Part shown: positions 13,800 through 26,770 of the stretch, piece after piece
Layout: each line of letters opens with the position of its first letter
Position numbering within the stretch: the first letter of the stretch is position 1
Origin: Schmidtea polychroa
Taxonomy: Eukaryota
Direction: 5' to 3'
DNA length: 64,000 bases
Assembly: GCA_044892525.1 (NCBI GenBank)
Contig: CM097885.1
Location: 73,842,001 to 73,906,000, forward strand
The notes under the pieces: generated by a model
The model's database searches: none
Told to the model about the DNA's origin: nothing
Seen by the model: only the letters and a program-made list of their open reading frames with translations
Position numbers and translations under genes: made by a program

Positions 13800-14305
13800 T
13801 CCAATATATAAATATGAAAGTTTGTTTGTTTTCTGTAGAATTCCCCACCGTTGGACCTAGGGTGCTGAAATTTTGCATGTGGCCCTCATTTGACTCGGGA
13901 CAGATCAGATGACCACCCCTAGGGTACCCTTAGTCGGTATTTTTGTCTGTCCGGTCAGCAATTTACCATATAAATAATAATTTATTATATGCTTGCTACT
14001 TCCAGTTGAAAGTAATATAATTTAGTCAAAAGTTTTCAAAGCAGAATTCAAACATAGAAAATTTGAATTTTATTTGATTAGTGAACCAGTTTGCAATTGG
14101 AAAAATATTGCCAGTTAATTTTCGATTTAAATTGGAGTGCGTTTTCGATTTTACAAATTCAAATTTATTTTGAAAGCTTTTCGTATTGTGAATTAAACAT
14201 GGAATTGAAGATGTTATAACGTAATAACATCATTAAACAAAAAATTAATTTAAATGAATTATTATAATAAATGTAAACTCGGGCGAAGCCGGGTACAACA
14301 ACTAG
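13800..14305 (+). mobile_element. Non-autonomous Helitron
   Basis: A|TC 5' end followed by AATATATAAATATGAAAGTTTGTTTG; 3' GC-rich hairpin-like CGGGCGAAGCCGGG followed by CTAG|T at 14302-14306; no TSD, as expected for Helitrons. Confidence 0.75.
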
Positions 14306-14449
14306 TACAAAATAAAAAAAATTGACAATTTGGATTCTTACGTAGACTTGGATTCCAGCGCATAATTATAGAGTACATATACATGTGTTATGGATAAGAA
14401 TAATATAATTATACTAAGTTAATTAAATGTGTTGGGCATCTCTTTCCAC

Positions 14450-14581
14450 TTGACCTACTTTATTCAGACAGTCTAGGAAACAGCATACACATCATATTAC
14501 CCTTCAATTATCACTCCCAATTTCCAAGATCAACCGTTCGAGATGTCCTCACGACTTGCAATCATACGACAAGGTCCCCAT
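14450..14581 (-). pseudogene. N-terminal fragment of RTE-type APE endonuclease, copy 2
   Basis: ATG at 14581: MGTLSYDCKS*GHLERLILEIG then, frameshifted, YDVYAVS*T, resembling GTWNVR..GKLE.L..E...DI.AVSET. Confidence 0.45.
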
Positions 14582-14999
14582 GGAAACTAATCCATGTTGG
14601 TAGTACCCCAAGTCGGCGAACCCTATAGCGCAGGTGAGCTGCTGCGTTACAACTACTCCCTTATAAAAATCCTGTATGGGTTCTAGAGTGCCAATAGAAG
14701 GTCTTACCTCTCGCTAATCAGAACTATTATCACCAAACTGTTCCTGGTTGGAGAATTCAGATTAAAATTAAAACCTCGCGACGTTGATAAAACAGCTCCA
14801 CTCTCCATTATCCTTTGCTCTACTCAAAATAGAGGTTTCAAAACCATTCGAGTAACAAGTTCACAACGACATATAAAGTTTTATTATGACACATTGACAT
14901 TTCACCTCATGCAACTCATAAGTAAGCAGCTAAATAAAGTTCAGTATTTCTGGCCAAGTGAAGTCGAGAAATTTGATTCATTGAGTCGGTTTCGGAGTG

Positions 15000-15750
15000 G
15001 ATGACTCCCAGAAGGTACTATCTTCAGCCTCCTTCAGCAGTTGATCCCGGTCAAAATCGACATGCCCTTCTTATACTTCTTGTACGCCCGAAGCATATAT
15101 AATTCTGTATGACGAGGGCTTCGCGGCTTCGAGTGCAGTGATCAAATCAACTGTTACTTTAGCATTGGTGGCAGCGAGGTCTGTTTCTGATTCCAGTTGC
15201 TTTTCTCGTCGACGTTGAGTCCATTCCGCCCGAGTGCGGGATTTTCACTTTGGTATGGCGGGTATGATAGTCGAGGCTGGGACCACCGTATTCACCGTAG
15301 TAGCGACAGAAATTCTACTGGTGCCAACATAAATCACCTCAGATGCGGGTGACGTGACTGCGCTACTCCCATGTCCTCGACAGTTGGATTGTTTCGGAGG
15401 GCTAAGCCCTTCAGTCAGATGGTGACTGGGGAAGATATTCACTTACCCTTTGGTCGGCCATTTCGTGATGCGAGTCCTGAGCTCGGAACTCGTGTAGACT
15501 TGATGTAGTGCTCTCGAGTGCTCTCGAATGAGGATGCGCTGCGAGCGGTTTTCCTCCAGCAGGCTATCCCTGCAATGCTCGAGATGGCGCACTTTCTTAG
15601 TAGACTCTTTCATCTGGACGGGGGTAAACCATGTACTCTCCATTTGTTCAATTCGTTTTTATAGATGTCGAATTTCGGTTTGAATTGTACGCATCGACAC
15701 GTTTTTATTCGCGTAGGAAAAACAAGGTAGGATAGTGGATTTCGACGCAG
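15000..15750 (-). pseudogene. Orphan ORF A/ORF B, copy 2 (disrupted)
   Basis: TASKSTILPCFSYANKN..HL*KRIEQMESTWFTPVQMKE..LEHCRDSLLEE is homologous to 10009-10269; ORF B-like frame has an in-frame stop. Confidence 0.55.
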
Positions 15751-16449
15751 TTGGTTTTTTCTTTTCTAAATCATTAATATTCCTAAAAACTCTTTAGAAT
15801 AAAATTACTAATAACAAAATTTCTAAATCATCAGAAAACCCTCATTCAATACGGTCTAGAACATAAACTCTCATATTCAGACAATCATTATTAACGCTCT
15901 ACCCCACACAGTTAAACAAATCAGTCCCTACCATCAAATAAAATAATCGGTGGGCGAGTAAATTTAATCGGGAATGACGACGAAATTCCATTGTAATACC
16001 AATGTAATTACTATCCATTGAGCGTTTAATATTAACTAGGATTATTTAATAGAATTTCCAAGAAACTATTAGTATTATTGTCTAATAAAATCGAAACAAA
16101 CGGTAAGTGACCACTGCATATGTTACGGTATAATAAATTTAAATAAACTAGAATTGAATACCAATATGATTAAGATTTAAAGTTAAACTCGAGTTTATCG
16201 TTTACTAAATCGAACTACTAAATCGAACGAGTAACAAACAAAGTGAACTGACATGGTTAGCTAAACCGTTCCTATCAGGTGTACGAAGTCGCTAGTAGAT
16301 CATTTGGTGTTTATTTCCAGCTGCTCAATCGATTTACTTAATTTTGAGTGATCTTTTCACTTATGTAGTGAGCGATGTGTACCCATCCTTCCTGGATCAA
16401 CGGAAGTTGATAAGGTATCGTCGTACGATCAAATGAAGATAAGTTTATG

Positions 16450-17050
16450 AAGTCAATGTTTATCAATGCGATGAAGATTGATCTGAGCCATTAGATGTGT
16501 AGTCGGTCATTTCCTTTGTTTACAGCAGATTGTAATTATCTAGCTTTGCACCTTGAACCGGCGAATGATGTATTCCAAAGATTTTCGTAGACATCTCATG
16601 TTTACATTAATGGTATTTTCGACTTTTCATCATGTGGAAAATGACGGAATCATCGTATATTATGATCTCAAGGAAAACCATTCGGTACAGTGATTATATC
16701 TAAAGACTTAACTATCGACTCATGCTTCTGAAATCCTCGTTGTGGTTTTTAACGAACGAACTTGTGCAACTCTAAGAAAGGTTATCGATGGTGGATAGAA
16801 AATCCATTACAAATCCTCTGACTCGTCGATTTTATCATAACTCTGAACTAAAGTGAAAGAAAACCTATCCTTGATCTGTGCATGTTCCTAAAGCAGTTAT
16901 ATAGCACTATTTCATTCAACCAACCCTTGAGGTAGCATGTCACTTCTCTAATCTCGCAATCTATCGGATTCATTTCGTTACACCAACATTGCTTATTGAT
17001 TTCATATACTCCTTCTCAGTAAATCACTTTCCGAAATCGTTCAGTTCTCT
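16450..17050 (+). pseudogene. Degenerate Penelope-like RT relic, copy 2
   Basis: Frameshifted LDV*S, GIFDFSSCGK, QGKPFGTV and ENLS(F)LDL in PLE-RT order; same position relative to ORF A as copy 1. Highly decayed. Confidence 0.35.
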
Positions 17051-18503
17051 GGAAACTCGTGTCGGCCGGTGGCATTATAAAACTTCATTATTCTACAATT
17101 ATACTTCAAATAACAAATTCCCCATTTTTATAAATTATCAGTGACGAATCCGTTCTGGATGGATCCAACCGACTGGTGCTTAGGACTCTCGAAGACCTTA
17201 CCAGGGTAAATACTCGAGGTATATATCCGTCGGGAACCTTCTAAAATCCCTCGGCACAAAAGCATCAAATTGTTCATTATAAAAATCATAATTACCATTA
17301 AATTAACATAATTATAAATATAAATAAATACAGTTGCAAGAGAATGGGAAGTTCATTTTAAACTTTTAATTTTTCATTATAGTACAAATAGGAAAAATTC
17401 ATTACTGCTTACACAATGAACCAAAATTACAATCAAACCATTACCGGTTGTCCTAACGATCCTTGAAAATGAAAATTTACGAAAATTTCTACAATTGAGT
17501 TGAATAGTTGAGTGAATTCCTAAGTATAAGTCTAAGTTTGCAAAAAGATTAACATTGAAAAATGTAATTTTATACTATTTTTACCCATTCTTTATCCAAT
17601 AGGAATTAAGCGAGTATGTATTTTATCGAAAATTTTATTTTATTTTTAATTTTTCTTTTTTTATTCTATATTTTTCCTTATTTAATTTTTATTATTTTTT
17701 GTGTTTCGGTTTTGTTTTATTTATTTTATTTTATAAGTGTTTGCTATTTTTTGGTGAATTTTCCATTTTACTTATTAAATTGTTATTTTTAATTATCTCT
17801 TTTCCTTATTTAATTATTTACTTATTATTAAATGGTCAATTATTTTATACTTATATTTTTCAATGCGATAGTCCTTATTCTAAGAAAGTTAAGATCTATA
17901 CTCGAAAACAGAAAAAAATTTAGATGTTTAGTTAAAACAAAATTTCCTTTCTAGCCCAACAAATGTTCTTTGAATTATTTATGTAATACATTTTTTTTGA
18001 ATAAATAAACTAGATACATATTATTTTGGTTTTGAATTACAAATGTTTTCTTCAATAATATGAGTTGATTAGATTTTTAATTTATAAATTACCGTTTTTA
18101 ATCAGAATTCTTGATTTATATTATCGATAATTAAAATTAAAAATCGCTTAACAAAATTTCGATTTACTTTCCATTTTTTGGGAACGAATTAATGCGTTAA
18201 GTGAGGGATTGGTGTATTTAAAATGAAATTCATCCCTCAATTTAAAACTGATAATTCATTGTTTGAGAATACCTATAATAGAATATTTTCAATGAACTTC
18301 AATTTTTTTTAATATTTGTTTATTTTTTATTTAATTTTTTATTACGATGTTTAAAAATATTTATTTGTGCATCAACAATTATCACAATAAAATTTTAAAA
18401 TATAACTTTAATACATAAAAATTCATTAATGCTACTTAATGCAATAAATTCGTTTTAATATTCAAATAAATTTAATTATATATCATATAATTAAATATTT
18501 GAA

Positions 18504-19132
18504 ATGTCCGATGATGATAAGCCTGTTGAAGTTTCAATTAATAAAAGCAAAAAACGAAAGTTTGTTGATACTCTTTCTGAAGATTTAAAAGAAATGTATT
18601 ATGAGGAGAAGAATAAAATCATTATACCTAGAGATCCTAGATTTGATCCAAAAGTACCTGGAACATGTAATCGTGGTCAAATGAATTTTCTGCAAGAAAA
18701 ACGAGAATCAGCAATTAAAGTATTTAATAAATTAATGGGTGAAGTTATTATAATCTAGGCAGTAACCAAACAAATTAAAGATCCTAATTTATCAGAAGAA
18801 GACAGGGCTAAGTGCAAAGTTCTTCTCTCTAGTTACAAGCAGCAAGTACATAATTTTAACCAAATTAAAGAAAAGGCTAAGTTCATGGACTCAGTAACTA
18901 CATCATATATCAGCGAAATGCAAGAAGGTCATATGCCGAAATATTTGAAATCAAGTAAATGAAAGATTATTAATTATTATAAAAAAATATTAATTTTTTA
19001 GAGGAAATTAAAACAAAACTGAAAGAGCACATGAATTCCAAGAGAAGTAATATATCCATCAAAAAATCAGAAAGACGAAAAGAAATGAGATTATTAAAGA
19101 AAAACAAGAAACTAGAAGCAAAAACAAAATAA
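18504..19132 (+). CDS. RRP36: rRNA biogenesis protein RRP36; 3 exons, ~180 aa
   Basis: Exons 18504-18719, 18759-18954, 19002-19132 with GT-AG introns (39 and 47 bp) in consistent phase. Protein has PRDPRFD..G..NFL..KRE..IK, G-HMPKYLKS-KE and a basic C-terminus, as in the RRP36 family. An additional upstream exon is not excluded. Confidence 0.85.
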
Positions 19133-19399
19133 TTATTTTTCTGATTTTATGCTCGTTTTAATAAAATTTGCTATTTTTGATTTTATTTAGTCTAATTTAA
19201 TTAGTGAGCATTTTGACGTTGACATGAGGGTGAACCTTTCGGCGATCTATGCAGTTTTTAGTGTCAAATTTAATGTTCAATTATTTGATCAATTTTCCAT
19301 ATGAAACGTTTCCAAACATCTCAATCAACTCCCGACTTAAGAGTGCTTTCTAATTAATATTTATACTTTAGTTGGTATAAGTTGAATAATGGGCTAGTT

Positions 19400-19648
19400 C
19401 AGGGGTGGGGAACCTTTTTATTTCCATAGGCCACATTGAAATTTGTCGCCTTCAAATGAGGCCGCAGTCAAAAAGTATTTCGTACTCGGTGGGATGCTTG
19501 TACAGTACGGTAATATATACAATTCAGTAGTTACAAGCATTTTTTTGTAAATTCTCAACATTCTTGGTTTTTTATATAAATTAAGATTTATTTTGATAAG
19601 GCTCCGGAGGCCGCATGCGGACTAAAGGCCGCAGGTTCCCCACCCCTG
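19400..19648. mobile_element. hAT (Buster/Charlie-like) MITE
   Basis: Perfect TIRs CAGGGGTGGGGAACCT / AGGTTCCCCACCCCTG; perfect 8-bp TSD GGCTAGTT (19392-19399, 19649-19656). Confidence 0.95.
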
Positions 19649-20727
19649 GGCTAGTTTAACAAAAGAAGTCATGTGATGTAGGAAATAAGTCAATTCGTTT
19701 ATATATCATCTGTAATAACCATACATTTTCCATTTTTTATACTTAGATTATCATATGAAACATGCACTAGGATACCTGTGAGAAACATGCGGATCTGGTG
19801 CCACATGTAACTCAATGAATATTTGCAAAGTATTGGGATATTAATAATTTTGTTAGGATCATTTAATGTATGTCGATGGGGCTAAATCTTGATCTGAATA
19901 ATCGTGTTCAGCAATCAAAAAATAGAATTCAAACCCCAACAAAATCTTTATTTTGAAATTGCAGACTCCTTTTTTGGATTACAATATCTGGCTAAATGCC
20001 CTAATAAGTAAGTCAAAACAAAATTTGGTCTATCACTTTCCTATATCGCTCTCATTCACCTTTAATTTGTTCCGCTAAGTATAATTGTTTTCGCTTTATT
20101 TAATTCTGCTACATTATAATTGTTCCTTCAACCAACTGGCGCTTTCTGATTTTTGCTATCTGAATTTATAGTATTTCACTGATCATTAATCATTACCTTA
20201 TCTGATCGAAGAATTCTCCAAATATCCGATAACCAATGCATCTTACAGTTAACTGGGTATATTGAATAGTTTATCTCCTTATCGTAATTCCCGGCAACCT
20301 ATTTATCTGACAATCCGATGGATAATATCCTTTGATAATGACTTTTGTTGAAATTTAATTAATTTGTTTTTAGGCCCCTGACCGTTCTATATTCTCTGAT
20401 TAATTTGAAACTGTTTTATTTGCCACCGGTTCCAACTTACAATCCACCCGAAAGATATTGATTTTTACTTTTTCCAAACTTAATTGATTTTGATAATGTG
20501 TACATTTTTGTTTCGTATCTTTTGTATAACCTCAACAATTTATAGGACAATCAACTTTTGTGTTCAAAAATTAAGGAAATAAAACTCGAATCCCAGCAAA
20601 ATAACTAGATTTCAATGACAATGAGTGTTTCTATGCCATTTGGATTGGATAACAACTTGGTTTCGCTTCGTCTCTAGTTTCTCTTAGTTCATTTCACTCT
20701 TAACGCAGTTTTTGAATTGTTGCTCAT

Positions 20728-23700
20728 TAGGGTGGGTCGAATGTTAATAAATTTTGAGTTCAAGAAAGGAAACATGGTTAAAAAGTTGTATTTTGGTATA
20801 GAAAAATCGAATCAAACCATTTTACTTAGATTTATGGACATTTACTGCTCCCAACTTTTCTCCGAAAATGCAGTTCAACATAAGTGTGAAAACAATGTAA
20901 TTTGGCTAGTGTCGGAATGTGTTTTGCGCCTTTGTCCATATTTAGATGTAGCTTTCTTAAGAGCTTATAAGTATATTATTTACTCTCTTGGGCTGAGATA
21001 GTATATTCTGTGTCCTCATCCCGCATTGAAATATATCCTGACAACGTCAGTGATTAGGAAGGGCCAAATTTGAATTATCCTTTTCAAAGACAAAAATCAA
21101 CTTTCGAAATTATTTTTTATTAAAAACATCCAGCCAAAAGTTTAGAAATGTATTAGCGAGGGCATAAAAAGAAGTCACATGAAATCAGCTTTGCTTTGCA
21201 CCTTGGGCAATTCCTTCCTTGATTTTTTACACAGTAGTACCATACCATGTCTGGACTTGTGACCAAACACTTTGCAACTGGCAGAAGAAACATCTTTGGT
21301 GGCTCTTTCAACGGCTTGAGAATGACAGGGAAATTGTTCTAATGTAATTTTCTTATTCATCTTCAATTCATGATCCAATATATGAGATAAAAGAGGGGGA
21401 GGCGTCAAATTACATTTTGTCCAGTCAATCATGTCAACATATGATGTAGCAGACGACTGAAGAAAGGCAGTATTCTTGTCCATAGTGTGAATCACTTCGG
21501 AAGGGAGAAAATTTTGTCTTGCAGTTATGATTTTTTCTGTTGCAAACTTTCTGATTTCTTCATCATCATCACCAACAGCAGCTAGGAGTATATTTTCTGG
21601 ATGTGAGAAGTAATTGTTGTTCTGAATGACAGGAAAGATGATTTCTTGGTCTGATGGATCCAAATCCTGCAGAAGTTGGAGCATATAAAAAATATTTCTT
21701 GCACCATCTTGGCATGACGAGTGAGTCTTTATATAAAACCATGACGGTCCATAGAAATTGACAATAAATTTCACTATTCGCATGAGAGGTTCAGATGGAG
21801 CAGTTTCGAACATATATAGTCGCAGAATTCTATAAGCTTTCGTTAGCCAGCGACTGTGATTCAAATTTCCTGGTTGTGCCATTTGTAGAAAAGGGACATC
21901 CTTGTTGTTGTGGTACCCTTTCTGGACTGCCAAGCATACTCTGAGGAAATACAATTGATCAGTGTTCAATTCTTTCTTGACATTTTCACTAATATCTACG
22001 ACCTTTCCAGGAAGGGACATAAAGGCTACTACGGGCTTGTCTTTTGGATCAAAATCAAGAACGCTTCCTATTTCACCACATGACGTTTTTGGACCTTTTG
22101 TTTCTCCACCATCGACGACTGAAAAATACTTCCTGGATGGCAATTCATTTGCATGCAACAAGCATATCAGCCATTGTAGAGGTCGTCCTAGGCTTTTTTC
22201 GAGTCTTCTGATTATTCCATTATTTTTTCCGGTGTTTGTATTGGTTCCATCGCACATAATTGCTTGAAGGGTCAGTGAGGACTGCGTGCTAACGATGATT
22301 GACATGATTTCTTTGCCAATATCCACAGCTTTACTACTTTGAGGTACAACATGATCGATATATGCATTCCCTGGAAAGGCGACAATCACATAATGCTCCT
22401 CTTTTAGGATCCTTCTATGAAGTAAGGTGGAATCTTGTTTCCCGTCGAAACCGAGGCAAATCAAATTTTTCGCTTCTGCTGAATGCTGTTCAATTTCTCT
22501 CTCCCTCCAGTACTTTCTCTGACGCCGTAATTTTGCGGGATCGATGATTGTTTGAGAGGATAACAGTTCCATATCTTTCAGAAAAGCGTTTACTAGCAAA
22601 CACGTGTCTCTATTGCTCACACCACATCTGTCAACAGCTTTACTTAATTCAGGATAATGTCTTCTATTTTGAAATTCATCACATTCTTCTACGCTTGACT
22701 CTGAGCTTTCTGTTGAATTGTCTAACTTATCTTTACTTTCATCACTAGCGGCTTCACTCTCCGTGTCACTTCTTGAGGTCGGATGTAGATCGTTAACTTC
22801 AGTGTCCATTATTTCATTTTTCATTTGTTTTCCTTTTCCTGTAGGGCTGCTTTTCGTTTGTTTTCTCTTCAATTTTGAGGTTTCCTGTCTGTCCGTATTT
22901 CCGATTTTCATGTTTCTGGTAGTTTGTTGGTCAATCCAGAACTCCCACTCTAAGGTAGGAATTTTCAAGGCCAATCGGCATGTACACTGACTTCTTCCAC
23001 GAGCACCATCATTAAAACATTTGCAGCAACATATGTCAAACAATTTGGAAAACGAGCTTAACTTATCTTGAAATTTGGCAGATGACCTCTTGCATTCTGG
23101 ATACTTCTCTAATTCACGCACTTTTGATATTAGTCGCTTGACACGAACCACAATACTACTGAACTCAACAGTTGGGATACTTGCCTTAATATAAATTTCC
23201 TTCACCTTATTTGCGAGAAGAGTTGCTTGTTCGTTAAAGCCAGTATGAAATTGCGTACATTTCTCATTGTAACAGTAATCACGAAACACATCTTCACAAG
23301 TAGGTAATTGGTTTCTGGGTGGTTCACAAGTTTGACCAAACAGACAATGACGTGATTTACTTCTTGTTTTGCGAAATTGCTTATTTCTCTGTCCCTTCAT
23401 AACTGCTCTTCTGTACTCAGCTCTGGCAAAATAAAAGTGAATCATCAAGTTAACTTTTTTAATTAGGTCCAGCAAACACTTGACATCCAATCGAAACAAA
23501 TTAAATTATCTGAGTTTAGACTGACTAGTAGTATCCATGTGGATTATGTGTTGACTGTAGTGTGTGTGTTAGTATTGTTCAGAAGAAATTGTCTTTGTGA
23601 GTGCTTGTGTGAAGGTGCTTCCGTGAATTAACCTCTCTATACATGCACGCGTTAGCTTGGACTTGTGAATAGAGCATGTCAAAAATGGTCTTTCTGCAAG

Positions 23701-23899
23701 CGTGTGACTGCTTGCAGGATGAATTTACAATGGCACGTGTGCGAGCATTTTTACTGGGATAGTACTAATACATACAAACAAAAGTTGGGACCTGTAAACC
23801 CTTTTAAACAGCAGTCTTTTGCAGGGATATTTCATTTTCTAGCATAAGCACAACTTTTTAGGCATGTTTGGAGAAAAAAAAATTTTTCGACCCACCCTA
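20728..23899 (-). mobile_element. Full-length hAT-superfamily DNA transposon of the hATm type
   Basis: TIRs TAGGGTGGGTCGAA / TTCGACCCACCCTA; perfect 8-bp TSD TTGCTCAT (20720-20727, 23900-23907); one long transposase ORF. Confidence 0.9.
21175..23400 (-). CDS. Transposase (hATm-like DDE), uninterrupted ORF of ~741 aa from ATG 23400
   Basis: Motifs TRS..LFG..QLPT, GFDGK, CDGTNTNTG, WLICLLHANELP (CxxH), WLTKA.RILRLY and HSQAVERA (catalytic E). The ORF-track start at 23499 is a TTG and probably not the true start. Confidence 0.9.
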   Translation of the reverse strand: MKGQRNKQFRKTRSKSRHCLFGQTCEPPRNQLPTCEDVFRDYCYNEKCTQFHTGFNEQATLLANKVKEIYIKASIPTVEFSSIVVRVKRLISKVRELEKYPECKRSSAKFQDKLSSFSKLFDICCCKCFNDGARGRSQCTCRLALKIPTLEWEFWIDQQTTRNMKIGNTDRQETSKLKRKQTKSSPTGKGKQMKNEIMDTEVNDLHPTSRSDTESEAASDESKDKLDNSTESSESSVEECDEFQNRRHYPELSKAVDRCGVSNRDTCLLVNAFLKDMELLSSQTIIDPAKLRRQRKYWREREIEQHSAEAKNLICLGFDGKQDSTLLHRRILKEEHYVIVAFPGNAYIDHVVPQSSKAVDIGKEIMSIIVSTQSSLTLQAIMCDGTNTNTGKNNGIIRRLEKSLGRPLQWLICLLHANELPSRKYFSVVDGGETKGPKTSCGEIGSVLDFDPKDKPVVAFMSLPGKVVDISENVKKELNTDQLYFLRVCLAVQKGYHNNKDVPFLQMAQPGNLNHSRWLTKAYRILRLYMFETAPSEPLMRIVKFIVNFYGPSWFYIKTHSSCQDGARNIFYMLQLLQDLDPSDQEIIFPVIQNNNYFSHPENILLAAVGDDDEEIRKFATEKIITARQNFLPSEVIHTMDKNTAFLQSSATSYVDMIDWTKCNLTPPPLLSHILDHELKMNKKITLEQFPCHSQAVERATKDVSSASCKVFGHKSRHGMVLLCKKSRKELPKVQSKADFM

Positions 23900-25318
23900 T
23901 TGCTCATAAACTATTGGCCAGTAATTTTTTCGTCTAATTACCTTGATGCGAGACACTCAACTAATACAAAATTTTTTCCTCTCTAATTTTATTAGATGTC
24001 CAATTAAGCTGACGTTTAGTTAAGTTCTCCATGAATAATAGCCTTGCTTTTAAATCTTTTTATTATTAAATTAAGTTAATTAAATTTTTTTAAACAATTT
24101 TTGGCTAATGTATTAATGATTGTAATAATTTATGCATCATTTTTTAAATTAATGACATGCACAATACACATCAAGTTATCATGTACGGACGGACACCCAG
24201 AAGTACTAGGTTCGGGTGACACAGATAGGCATGACTTTTTCTTGACTGTAGAAAAGTGGAGTTCGAATGCACAAATTGAGAATACAAATGGGAAGAACGG
24301 TGAAAATGATAATAAGAAGGGAAAGGAAAACTAATTCAAGACCCGACTCGAAAAGATGGATGCCTTCAGGAGTTATCGCCGAATCGGAATTTCTGGATTA
24401 ATCAAATAAATTTATCAACATTGTCGATACAGATAAATTGTTATTAATTAATAATAATTATTGCCCAATAACTCATATTTCAATTTGTTATTTTTTGGTT
24501 ATTTTGATTTCAAATTTAGACTAGGAAAAGACGCAGGAGTCGGATGGGTTCCGACCTATACGGAGACCGAATTATTTCCGACTATCGCAGTATTAATCTC
24601 AAAAATTCCAGCAGTTGCTTCAAATCACAAAAAGCCTTGAAAACCAACACCATGATAGTTTGAGCGAACGAAGTTATTTGAATCGGAACTCTGAACAGAA
24701 AGAATGTGTGGATTTTTATTTTTTGCATCAATTTGGAAATTGGTTATTTAATATTATCGTTATTGTTTGAAAAAAATTTAGGAAATAATTACATGTGAAA
24801 GACGGTTCCATTTAGCAATCAGTCGCATTAAATGTAACCGCTTGAGGACGAAATTAAGTTATTATTTTTTAGCATAAATTTTTTTAGTATATGAATGCTT
24901 GATATCGTGGTATGATTTTTTTCAAGTTTTGCCAGCGCAGCGGGTTAATACATTGTTAAACATCTGGAACAAAATGTTGAGCCAGTTTTTTATCTTGAAA
25001 TCAAGAGATTTAGAGTCTTGGAATAATTAGGAACCGAAAAATGAACTTGAGTTGATCATAAATTAATAGTGACTCTATAAAATCCATATCCGTATAATAT
25101 AAATAACTGTAATATAATATAATACAAATCTGCTTCTGCGCGTGGTTTCCTAAATATTTTAGCAGATGCAATTTCAAAATGCCTTTTCCGTCAAAAAGGA
25201 TTGTGGCCCATACTTGTCAATGTTATATTACATTTTAGTGTTCTAGAATTTCTCCAGTCTCCACCATTTTTATTGTGTCTGTATATTTTGAGTTGGAATA
25301 ATTATTTCTTAATTTATA

Positions 25319-25555
25319 CTCCCTCTGTCCAAAAATGATAGTCCAGTTGCATTTTAGCCTTTTTCCCAAAATGATTGTCAATAGACAATATAAAAAATTG
25401 AACGGTTTTGTAAAACCTTTTACCGTAAAAACACATTAAATAATTTTATTTTATTGATTGAAGAAATAACAAAACTGCATTTTATGTATCACTGTTACGT
25501 ATAAAAGAATTACGATTTAAAGTCAAACTGGACTATCATTTTTGAACAGAGGGAG
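25319..25555. mobile_element. Tc1/mariner-type (Stowaway-like termini) MITE
   Basis: 30-bp TIR CTCCCTCTGTCCAAAAATGATAGTCCAGTT with one mismatch; TA on both flanks. Confidence 0.92.
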
Positions 25556-26193
25556 TATATATTATAAGAACTTTTTTTCCATAGAGAAATACAAAGCTTT
25601 AACATTTTATATACGATGCGCTAGAAAGTTTTGAATTTTTCTCTCCTTTGAGGTGAAAGTTTCCTTTAGATTTTCAATTACGCCACTTCCGTTTGTGTGG
25701 CATAGTCTTTATTGACACAGAATTTTCAGTTTGTATTTTTGTAAATTTGCATTATTTTATAATTCTAATGAAATATAGAAAAACTAATATTGTGAAACAA
25801 TTAGAATAAAAATGTGAAAGTGAAATACAATATCATTTCACATGAATAATGGTGCTTCAATTTGCATAGCATTTTCGCAGAACCAATTATGGACGTAAGA
25901 AGAGGTATTGGTGCATGGTCAAGATAACTGTATTTATTTCCGAGATGGCACTGATAAATTATACTATATTATCATGAAAATATATGGCCATTTTTGAATG
26001 ATAACCATAAATAACATCTGTTTGGAACCCAAATAGGCCATAGACATTTAGTGGTTATATTTCAATAAATTTATAATTAACCCCATGATATGTAGCCATC
26101 TAACCAAAACATTATAAATTGATGGATATGCAAATAAATGAGTGGATGTGTAACTCAAACACAGGTTTATATTTACAAAGATAAAAGAGTTAT

Positions 26194-26770
26194 TTAACCA
26201 CCATATCTATTGGCATCAAGAACATTAACAACATTGGAAAAATTATAACGATCTTTGTCTATCTTTTTTTGTTCCACTACACAAGTTTGGGGCTTTATCT
26301 CATGCTTATTGCCAATTTGCTGATCAAGACCTACATAATCTCCAACCATATTTAATGAGCATCTATACCCTTCATAAAAGTCAATTGACAAACATTCTGG
26401 ATGCAAAGAACAAGCGAGCCTACAGCTGAATAAATTATAAGCAAAATTGACAAGTCTAAAAAAATTGATTTCAGAAAAAAACTATATAGTTTACTTTCCA
26501 AAATCACTTCGTTGGGTCTCTCCATAATACAAATTTATTTTGCATTCATTATCTAAACTAAAAGGAGAGCGCTTGTCACATTTTTTACCAAGTTCTGATT
26601 CGGAATTAAATGTAGACTTTTGATATTTTGAACCAGTTTGGATAGACCAATTAGGCAGACTTTTCCATCCTTCACAGTCTCCAATATCTTCTTCAATCAT
26701 ATCAGTAGTTTCGTTTAATAAACATTTTTCAAACTGCCCAGAAAATGTTTGACAAACATATTCTAACCCT
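26194..26770 (-). CDS. 3' exons of a cysteine-rich host gene containing a PAN/Apple-like module
   Basis: Exons 26495-26770 and 26194-26425 joined by a 69-bp GT-AG phase-2 intron give YGETQRSDFGNCRLACSLHPECLSIDFYEGYRCSLN, the C-x3-C-x4-C..F....C pattern of PAN/Apple domains. 5' exons are lost in or beyond the gap at 26828-27145. Confidence 0.6.

Noticed and set aside
19780-20400. Possible Ulp1-type protease relic (IYPVNCKMHW) on the minus strand
   Set aside because: Single short motif among many stops; chance match cannot be excluded without an HMM search.
21962-22990. Plus-strand ORFs within the transposase
   Set aside because: Antisense shadows of the long transposase ORF.
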